A stretch of 39,308 nt of DNA from a virus. The position numbers and the translations under genes were made by a program. Below are positions 32,927-39,308 of the stretch, piece by piece. A model generated the notes under the pieces. That model saw only the letters and a list, made by a program, of their open reading frames with translations, made no database searches and was not told the origin of the DNA. Position 1 is the stretch's first letter. Every line of letters begins with the position of its first letter. The stretch spans positions 1 through 39,308 of IMG/VR virus record IMGVR_UViG_3300045988_099729; one strand, written 5' to 3'.

Positions 32927-33502
32927 ATGAATATTTTATATGAGCAGTTTCCGGAAGAAATCAAGGTGAACGGGGAGTACTACCCGATCGTGACAGATTT
33001 CCGTGAATGGATCCGTTTTACGGAGCTGGTTGAAGACGACTCGGTTCCGTGGCGGATCAAATGTGGACTTCTGTTGCAGTGGTATCTGGATCAGATTCCG
33101 GATGATATTGAAGTTGCAATATATGCACTCGGAGATTTCCTGATGTGCAAAAGGATGTACCAGGATGATCTGGAAGATAAAGAGGAAGAGCAGCAGAGAA
33201 GTGGAAAGCCGGTATTTTCTTTTTCGGAAGATGCCGGCTGCATTTATGCAGCGTTCCGGGAGGCATATGGAATTGACCTGCAGCAGATCGATTATATGCA
33301 CTGGTGGGAGTTCCGGAGCTTGTTTGACTGGTTGCCGGATGGTACAGAGATTAAACAACGGATTATGTATCGTTCGATTGATCCTGGAACAATCCGGGAC
33401 AAGGACGAACGTAAACGGATCAAGAAGATCCAGAGAGCTGTTGCACTGAAAAAGAAACAGCGAAAGCTTGATGATTATGAGATTGGAGATATGTTCTCAT
33501 GA
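32927..33502 (+). CDS. Phage Gp15-family protein (second chaperone-slot gene)
   Basis: EIKVNGEYYPIVTDFREWIRF...IDYMHWWEFRSLF is the typical Gp15 family pattern. Confidence 0.7.
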   Translation: MNILYEQFPEEIKVNGEYYPIVTDFREWIRFTELVEDDSVPWRIKCGLLLQWYLDQIPDDIEVAIYALGDFLMCKRMYQDDLEDKEEEQQRSGKPVFSFSEDAGCIYAAFREAYGIDLQQIDYMHWWEFRSLFDWLPDGTEIKQRIMYRSIDPGTIRDKDERKRIKKIQRAVALKKKQRKLDDYEIGDMFS

Positions 33503-33654
33503 TGGAAATTAAAATACCGACACGGCGTGAGTGGTATCCGTGTCCGTACTGCGGTCAGCATCTGCTTGTTTACGCAGATACTGCAGTGTGCAGCGGACTG
33601 TATGTAAAATGCCGCAAATGCCGACGGGAGGTGGAGATAAAAATTAAGAATTAA
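33499..33654 (+). CDS. 51-aa Cys-rich zinc-ribbon protein (Cys_rich_KTR-like); too short for the ORF track
   Basis: ATGATG overlaps the upstream stop. Sequence MMEIKIPTRREWYPCPYCGQHLLVYADTAVCSGLYVKCRKCRREVEIKIKN (CxxC ... CxxC). Confidence 0.55.
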   Translation: MMEIKIPTRREWYPCPYCGQHLLVYADTAVCSGLYVKCRKCRREVEIKIKN

Positions 33655-33698
33655 GCACTTGTGAGCCCCTGAGCCGTGCTATCAGAAAGGATGATAGT

Positions 33699-36233
33699 AT
33701 GGCAGATGGATATTTGAATTTTGATACCAAAATCAATGAGAGTGGGTTCAATGAAGGCATAAATAAGCTTGGAAGTCTTGGAAAAAGTGGCTTATCTGTA
33801 GTCAGCAAGGCAATGACCGGAGCTGTTGCAGCTGTAGGAACTGGAGCAGCGGCGATTGTAAAGTCTTCTCTTGGTGTAGTCGCCAATATGGAGCAGCAGG
33901 TCGGTGGTGTAGAGACACTATTTAAAGATAGTGCCAAGACAGTGATCAGGAACGCAAACAATGCGTTCAAAACAGCACAGCTTTCTGCTAATGATTACAT
34001 GTCAACGGTTACAAGCTTTTCAGCATCATTACTACAGGGCTTAGGCGGAGATACTGCAAAGGCTGCAGAGATTGCAGATATGGCAATCATCGACATGGCA
34101 GATAATGCCAATAAGATGGGTACGAATATGCAGGATATCCAGAATGCCTATCAAGGTTTTGCAAAGCAGAATTATACAATGCTGGATAACCTTAAATTAG
34201 GTTACGGCGGTACACAGTCGGAAATGATCCGATTGATCAATGATTCCGGTATCTTAAATGAAAAAATAGAAGATCTGGATAATGTAACGTTTGACCAGAT
34301 GATTCAGGCAATTCACAAAGTCCAGCAAAATCTCGGAATCACAGGAACTTCCGCAAAAGAAGCCTCTACAACGATAGAAGGTTCTGTTAATTCTGCTAAA
34401 GCCGCCTGGGAAAATTTTGAAGCCGGTGTAATCAGTGCGGACGACCTGGTTGACACATTCTGGACAGCGGCAAAGAATATCTTAAATAATCTTGGTCAAA
34501 TGATCCCGCGTCTGGGAAAGACCGGAATGGATGTGGTGGAATCCTTATCCGGAAAAATCGGTGAAGCGGTTCCGCAATTAAAGGGATTTACAGATAGTGT
34601 CGGAAAATTAGCAGATAAGTTAAAGAACATGAGCACGGATGAGCTCATGAATCTTGGCAAGACTGCAGCAGTGCTTGCAGGAGCCGGACCGGCGATCTCA
34701 TTATTCGGATCACAGATCGGTAATGTACAGTCAGCCGTATCCGGATTCAGCGGACTTACAACTGGTGTTTTATCTGAACTTGGAAAGCTTCCAAAGGGAT
34801 TCAAAAGTGCAACAAAATCGGCTGCAAATTTCCGGAAAGATTTTACGGGTAGCCTGAAAGGGCTCGGCAGTGCAGTTACGGGACCATTTCAGGTACTGAC
34901 TCCGAAATTGTCAGCTACTGTCGGAAAAATCGGCAAGGTAGTTTCCGGTGTCCCAGGTAAAATCGGAGGGGCAGTTGGAAAGATCGGTTCTGCAATCGCA
35001 TCAAAAATCCCCAGAATTACAAGCACGTTTTCACTACTTGGAGATACTGCCGGTTATCTGGGAGCATGGGGCGGACAGGTTGGTTCTGCTCTGCAGGGAG
35101 TTCTTGGAACAGTAGCCGGCTTTATTCCGTCGTTTGTAGGGTTGATGAATTTCGGTGCAGTTGCAGCCGTTGTGGTAGCCGGTCTTGGACTGGTTTACAG
35201 TCAGTTTGGTACACAGATTGACCAGATCCTGCTTCTGGCGCAGACCAAAGGACCGGAGATCATATATAACTTTGGAGCAGGAATCACAGCAGCACTTCCG
35301 GGACTGATTTCATCAGGTGCAACCCTGATCTTGGGATTGATGAATGCGATTACGGCAAATCTACCATCGCTCATTTCCGTAGGCGCAAGCATCATAGCAA
35401 CTCTGGTAAGCAGCCTGGGCGCACAACTTCCGCAGTTAATTCCGGTAGCGGTACAGATGATCCTGACTCTGGTTGAGTCGCTGATCAGTAATCTTCCGCA
35501 GTTAATAACTTCCGGATTACAGTTAATGGAAGGCTTGGCACAGGGAATTGCAAACGCGATTCCGCAGGTGGCAGCGAAAGCACCGGTTATCATCGGCAAG
35601 CTGGCATCTACGATTATCACGAATTTGCCGAAGATCATACAGACTGGTGTGAAGATTATCACGCAGCTCGCAGTCGGACTGGTTCAGGGAATCCCGGCGT
35701 TACTTGGTAAGATTCCATCCATGATCAGCCAGATCAAAAATGCATTTACCAGTGTAAACTGGGGCAGTGTTGGTATGAACATTGTCCGGGGAATTGCAAG
35801 TGGATTAACAAGTGCGGCAAAAAGCCTGGCAGAAGCAGCTGCAAACGCGGCGGATAATGCACTCAATTGGGTGAAATCAAAACTTGGTATTCATTCTCCA
35901 TCGAGAGTATTCCGGGACCAGGTTGGTAAGATGATGGCTCTTGGTATGGGAAGCGGATTTGAGAAGAATATTCCGGTCGGATCCATGAATGCCGGAGTAC
36001 AAAAAGCAGTCCAGAGTCTGCAAAGAAGTGTGCAGCTTACAACATCCGTTAATCCGGATAAAACGGTAGGCGGAATAAAGAATAATCCGATCTTTAAGGA
36101 TCAAGGATTTGATTACGACAGATTTGAACGTATCCAGAGGAAGATTGCAAAAGAAAATGGCAATAAGCCGGTATTCCTGGATACGAAACGGATAGACAGA
36201 CCATTACCGAAAGGAGCAGTGCCACAGGTATGA
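33699..36233 (+). CDS. Tape measure protein (844 aa)
   Basis: Size, position, and a long Gly/Ala/Ser/Ile/Leu-rich hydrophobic central region. Confidence 0.9.
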   Translation: MADGYLNFDTKINESGFNEGINKLGSLGKSGLSVVSKAMTGAVAAVGTGAAAIVKSSLGVVANMEQQVGGVETLFKDSAKTVIRNANNAFKTAQLSANDYMSTVTSFSASLLQGLGGDTAKAAEIADMAIIDMADNANKMGTNMQDIQNAYQGFAKQNYTMLDNLKLGYGGTQSEMIRLINDSGILNEKIEDLDNVTFDQMIQAIHKVQQNLGITGTSAKEASTTIEGSVNSAKAAWENFEAGVISADDLVDTFWTAAKNILNNLGQMIPRLGKTGMDVVESLSGKIGEAVPQLKGFTDSVGKLADKLKNMSTDELMNLGKTAAVLAGAGPAISLFGSQIGNVQSAVSGFSGLTTGVLSELGKLPKGFKSATKSAANFRKDFTGSLKGLGSAVTGPFQVLTPKLSATVGKIGKVVSGVPGKIGGAVGKIGSAIASKIPRITSTFSLLGDTAGYLGAWGGQVGSALQGVLGTVAGFIPSFVGLMNFGAVAAVVVAGLGLVYSQFGTQIDQILLLAQTKGPEIIYNFGAGITAALPGLISSGATLILGLMNAITANLPSLISVGASIIATLVSSLGAQLPQLIPVAVQMILTLVESLISNLPQLITSGLQLMEGLAQGIANAIPQVAAKAPVIIGKLASTIITNLPKIIQTGVKIITQLAVGLVQGIPALLGKIPSMISQIKNAFTSVNWGSVGMNIVRGIASGLTSAAKSLAEAAANAADNALNWVKSKLGIHSPSRVFRDQVGKMMALGMGSGFEKNIPVGSMNAGVQKAVQSLQRSVQLTTSVNPDKTVGGIKNNPIFKDQGFDYDRFERIQRKIAKENGNKPVFLDTKRIDRPLPKGAVPQV

Positions 36234-37012
36234 TTGTATATTATGAAAATATGAATGGCGAAAAGCTGAATCTTTTGAAAGCTCCTTTTCGTACAACGAA
36301 GACTGACTGGTTCGATGCGGACTGGTCAGAGTCTTCGGACGGATATGAAAAAACAGTGACGATTGATGTGTTTGGAAAGCGGGAAGAATTTCAGGCGAAT
36401 ATGGAGCAGCTATACCGGATCATTGCGGTTGATGCAGAAAATGATACCTACGGGAAACTGTACGTGAATGGTGCATATTTAAGATGCAAGGTGTTGAAGT
36501 CAGCGAAAGAAGGATGGAAGGGATATGTGTATTCGGAAGTGGAGATCACCTTCCAGGCTCCAGAGCTTGTATGGGTAGTAGAAGCGACAAGACAGTTTTT
36601 TCCACAATTGGAAGAAACGGCAGCATCCGGAATCGACTTTCAGTATGACTATCCGTTTGATTTTGCCGGAGAAAAAAGAGGAATCGCAGCATGGAATGTT
36701 GATCACATCATTCCAAGCGAGTACCGGATGATCATTTACGGACCATGTGTAAATCCGAAGATTCTGATCAACGATTATCCTTATGAGTTTTTCGTAACGC
36801 TTGAAAGCAGGGAATATCTGATCATAGATAGCCAGAGAAGAACGATCCGAAGGTATTTGACGAATGGAACGGTACAAAATTTATTTAATCAGAGAGCGCA
36901 GAAACAAACTGTTTTCAAGAGAATACCATCCGGGCTTTTAAATATTAACTGGTCCGGGGATTATGGATTTGACCTGACTTTATTTTTGAACAGGAGGGAG
37001 CCGCCGTGGTAA
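36230..37012 (+). CDS. Distal tail protein (Dit-slot)
   Basis: ATGA overlap with the tape measure stop. 260 aa. Confidence 0.7.
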   Translation: MIVYYENMNGEKLNLLKAPFRTTKTDWFDADWSESSDGYEKTVTIDVFGKREEFQANMEQLYRIIAVDAENDTYGKLYVNGAYLRCKVLKSAKEGWKGYVYSEVEITFQAPELVWVVEATRQFFPQLEETAASGIDFQYDYPFDFAGEKRGIAAWNVDHIIPSEYRMIIYGPCVNPKILINDYPYEFFVTLESREYLIIDSQRRTIRRYLTNGTVQNLFNQRAQKQTVFKRIPSGLLNINWSGDYGFDLTLFLNRREPPW

Positions 37013-38004
37013 AGGACATAATTCTTGCAGATAGTGCTGGAAGAGAACTTGGAGCGATTTTGGACTCAAATATCACAGTGGATACGAATGGCGAGTACGA
37101 ATTTTCTGTACAGATTGCAAGGTCGAACTGGTATCCGGAGCTGACCTTTTCAAGCTATGTGTATATTACGGATACGGAATACGGAGGCATTATCGGAGAG
37201 GTGCTGACAGATACAACGCTGGATTATGTGGAGCTGAAGGGAATCACATGGCGGGGAAGACTGCAGTATAAGGTGATTGAACCGCCTACCGGATCTGACT
37301 ACAAAACGATATCCGGCGAACTGAATCAGGTAATGAAAACACTGATCGAGCCGGAGTTTGATGGATTATTCAGAGTTTCATCAGAAGATACGGGTATATC
37401 TGTAAAGAATTTTCAATTTGACCGGTACTGTACATTACTGGAAGGTCTTACCAAAATGCTGAAAAGTGTTGGATACCGCCTGCAGATCCGGTTGATCAAA
37501 GAACAGGATGAACCATGTTATATTCTGATTGAAGCAGTTCCGATTACTGATTATTCTGCGCAGATTGAATTGTCACAGGACAGTCGAATGAATTTCACGA
37601 TGGATGATAAACAAAATGGCGTAAATCATCTGGTCGTAACCGGAAAAGGGGAAATGCAGGAGAGGAACATATTCCATCTGTATGTGCAGAAAGATGGAAG
37701 CATTGGAAAGACGCAGTATTACAAAGGACTGAATGAGATCTCAGCAGTATATGAAAATACGAGCACAGAAACAGCAGAGCTGGAGAAAACGTCCGTGGAA
37801 CAATTGCAGAAGCTGATGAATAAAAAGACATTTCAGATGGATGTTGCAAAGCTTGGAATCGAGGTTGGGATTGGAGATATTGTCGGTGGCAGGGATTACC
37901 TGACTGGGCTGTATATGTCAAAACCAATCGAAAATATCATTTATGAGATTACGAATGATGTGGAATCAATTACTTATAAACTGGAAGGAGAAGATGAAGA
38001 ATGA
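37006..38004 (+). CDS. Tal-slot protein (Sipho_Gp37-like), GTG start
   Basis: 332 aa, directly after Dit. N-terminus DIILADSAGRELGAILDS...EYEFSVQIA. Confidence 0.65.
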   Translation: MVKDIILADSAGRELGAILDSNITVDTNGEYEFSVQIARSNWYPELTFSSYVYITDTEYGGIIGEVLTDTTLDYVELKGITWRGRLQYKVIEPPTGSDYKTISGELNQVMKTLIEPEFDGLFRVSSEDTGISVKNFQFDRYCTLLEGLTKMLKSVGYRLQIRLIKEQDEPCYILIEAVPITDYSAQIELSQDSRMNFTMDDKQNGVNHLVVTGKGEMQERNIFHLYVQKDGSIGKTQYYKGLNEISAVYENTSTETAELEKTSVEQLQKLMNKKTFQMDVAKLGIEVGIGDIVGGRDYLTGLYMSKPIENIIYEITNDVESITYKLEGEDEE

Positions 38005-38843
38005 AAATTGTATCTGGAAGAACCGGATCACCACATGTGACTTCGCAGCAGTTCCGGCAGATGCTGGAGGGGATTATCGGGCAGGGGAGTTATATTATAA
38101 CAAGCGGAGAGAATCTGAAGCCGGAACTTAGCAGTAATAATCTGCTGAAAATCCGAAGTGGGATGATGGCGCATCACGGCTGTATATCTTGCGTGGATAT
38201 TGGTACTTATGATGAGGTTACACTGACAAATGGTAGTCAAGGAATGAAAAGGATTGATCTTATTGTAAATCGGTATACCAGAAATGCAGAGACAGAGGTT
38301 GAAAACTGCAGTTGGAAGGTAATCCAGGGGAAACCGGTTGCAAGTAATCCGGCAGTGCCGGCATACACTTCGGGAAATTTGCAGAATGGAGATCTTGTGG
38401 ATGAATGCCCGGTTTTTGAAGTGCATTATGATGGAATCAATGTTACAGAAGTGAAGAGTTTGTTGAGTGTGACGGATGGACTTTCTGAATTAAGTAGCAA
38501 TTTAACCAAAACTAACACTGTTTTAGAGAACAGGAAACCAATATTCATTGATTCAACGGCGCAAGGAACAGCAAATTTGGATACCAATAGCTTTTTGAAA
38601 GCTGGCGTTACATATGCTTTCATCGTTATGGTTTCCTCCAATATCAGCAGTGAAAGCTATAAACAGGAAATCGCTTGTGCATTAAACAATGTAAATATGG
38701 GAAATAACGGAAACTATTACAAATTAGTTTCTACTTTTGCAGGAAAATGTAGCAAAGGCGATAAGCTTCATATTACTTCGTACAAAAATGGAGGCACATG
38801 GACTCTTTTTGCGACAAGAGCTATTTTTATACCAGTTAGCTAA
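38001..38843 (+). CDS. Tail fibre with a switchable C-terminus: constant part 38001..38484, core 38485..38503, currently fused cassette A to 38843
   Basis: ATGA overlap with the upstream gene and GGAAGGAG RBS. The core encodes (S)ELSSNL. Three further cassettes share the core in phase. Confidence 0.85.
   Translation: MKIVSGRTGSPHVTSQQFRQMLEGIIGQGSYIITSGENLKPELSSNNLLKIRSGMMAHHGCISCVDIGTYDEVTLTNGSQGMKRIDLIVNRYTRNAETEVENCSWKVIQGKPVASNPAVPAYTSGNLQNGDLVDECPVFEVHYDGINVTEVKSLLSVTDGLSELSSNLTKTNTVLENRKPIFIDSTAQGTANLDTNSFLKAGVTYAFIVMVSSNISSESYKQEIACALNNVNMGNNGNYYKLVSTFAGKCSKGDKLHITSYKNGGTWTLFATRAIFIPVS
38485..38503 (+). repeat. Fibre crossover core site sA (ctgaattaagtagcaattt) inside the expressed gene
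   Basis: Identical 19/19 to the inverted copy at 39187..39205, 18/19 to 104..122 and 17/19 to 810..828 (inverted). Confidence 0.85.
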
Positions 38844-39205
38844 TTAGCTAAAATAAGCCGTTGTTGCAATCATTACGAATGAGGCACTATCTGTACCGAC
38901 GATATATACTCCACCATTTTTTATGTATATACGTGCTTGTGTTCCAGCAGGTCCACCATTATGCGTAGCTATTGGAATAAGGCACTCAAAATCGCCATAA
39001 CCATTTGGTGTCATTCCTGACGGGACACTGCCGAGAGCCTGATCGTTTGCAAATTTCCCACCATCTAAAAATCTTATCGATCCAGAAACAAATACCACAT
39101 GACCTATTTTGCGGAATTTTAGCTTTTCTGAAAGATTATTTGCATTAGTCATATATTTCCAACCAGAATCAGCAGTTGCCGTTTTCAAATTGCTACTTAA
39201 TTCAG
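38844..39205 (-). CDS. Silent alternative tail-fibre C-terminal cassette B (about 115 aa, no start of its own)
   Basis: The minus strand reads TELSSNLKTATADSGWKY... from the core. Its stop codon abuts the cassette A stop with 0 nt between them (palindrome agctaattagct, 38838..38849). Confidence 0.7.
39187..39205 (-). repeat. Fibre crossover core site sB (inverted, 19/19 to sA)
   Basis: aaattgctacttaattcag on the + strand is the exact reverse complement of 38485..38503. Confidence 0.85.
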
Positions 39206-39308
39206 TACGCCAGTTGATATACTGAAAGCAAAAAAGGAGCAATGTATGGAAGCGAAAATAATGGATGTATTGCGAAGAATGCAACCGGTTTTAGATGAAA
39301 TGCAATTA
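39190..39308. repeat. Right arm of the 119-bp terminal inverted repeat
   Basis: Exact reverse complement of 1..119. Confidence 0.97.
39246..39308 (+). CDS. 5' end (21 codons) of an unidentified gene running off the window; possible fibre-switch recombinase
   Basis: AAGGAG at 39234..39239, 6-nt spacer, ATG at 39246. MEAKIMDVLRRMQPVLDEMQL stays open to the window end, 40 nt beyond core sB. Confidence 0.4.
   Translation, partial: MEAKIMDVLRRMQPVLDEMQL

Larger units (their letters stand above)
1..39308. mobile_element. Temperate tailed-phage (siphovirus-type) genome, circularly permuted and broken inside a tail-fibre inversion locus
   Basis: Full set of phage modules in canonical order: fibres, lysis, integrase, lysogeny switch, recombination/replication, terminase, portal, capsid, tail. 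No recognisable host genes at either end. Confidence 0.9.

Noticed and set aside
32748-32930. An overlapping ORF as the product of a programmed frameshift in the tail chaperone gene (gpG/gpGT-like).
   Set aside because: It lies in the +1 rather than the -1 frame, extends only 10 nt past the chaperone stop, and shows no obvious slippery heptamer. The downstream Gp15-family gene has its own ATG.
1-39308. The terminal inverted repeats as genuine physical genome ends of a protein-primed linear phage.
   Set aside because: The genome encodes terminase small and large subunits, a portal and an integrase, and has no protein-primed polymerase. The repeat also ends exactly inside a recombination core found twice more internally, so an inversion-related assembly break explains it better.
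1-39308. tRNA genes, a CRISPR array, a diversity-generating retroelement (TR/VR pair plus reverse transcriptase), and a toxin-antitoxin pair.
   Set aside because: I saw no cloverleaf-like conserved tRNA arms, no spaced direct repeats, no reverse transcriptase motifs and no long A-mismatched repeat pair. Fibre variation here appears to be by inversion only.

Overview
The window is one nearly complete, circularly permuted genome of a temperate siphovirus-type tailed phage. RBS style, the GH25/CW_7/LysM endolysin, XkdX-like genes and a Prp protease point to a low-GC Gram-positive (Clostridia-like) host. No host flank, tRNA, rRNA, CRISPR array or reverse transcriptase is visible. Order on the + strand: tail-fibre accessory genes and a large BppU-type fibre (865-4258), an autonomous AT-rich moron (4558-5280), and the lysis cassette (5419-7278). 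A minus-strand lysogeny block follows: large serine integrase, Uma2 endonuclease, DUF4041/T5orf172 protein, ImmA-like protein and XRE repressor (7340-12012). After a divergent switch (12013-12151) the + strand carries early genes with a YqaJ exonuclease/DUF1351/RecT/RusA/DUF4373 recombination-replication module (12152-19645), small unknown genes and a sigma-like late regulator (19828-22588), then terminase, portal, MuF-like protein, Prp, scaffold, capsid, neck, tail, tape measure, Dit and Tal-like protein (22654-38004). The last gene is a 280-aa tail fibre (38001-38843). The main finding is at the two window ends. This fibre gene carries a 19-bp core sequence in frame. The same core, in the same codon phase, heads three further start-less C-terminal cassettes lying tail-to-tail (38844-39205 minus, 104-435 plus, 437-828 minus). 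This is the layout of a shufflon-like multi-inversion switch for the receptor-binding end of the fibre. The window starts and ends with a perfect 119-bp inverted repeat whose identity stops inside that core. The repeat holds the first 21 codons of an unidentified gene reading out of the window. I read this as an inversion polymorphism that broke the assembly, so the segment most likely to encode the invertase is missing. Other items worth a second look are a HEPN-motif moron, a candidate small RNA with two UUGGCG hairpin loops, candidate defence cargo in the lysogeny operon, a MuF-like protein with a C-terminal HExxH extension, and a phage Prp protease with matching leader motifs on scaffold and capsid. 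All domain calls rest on motif recognition by eye, because no searches were run.
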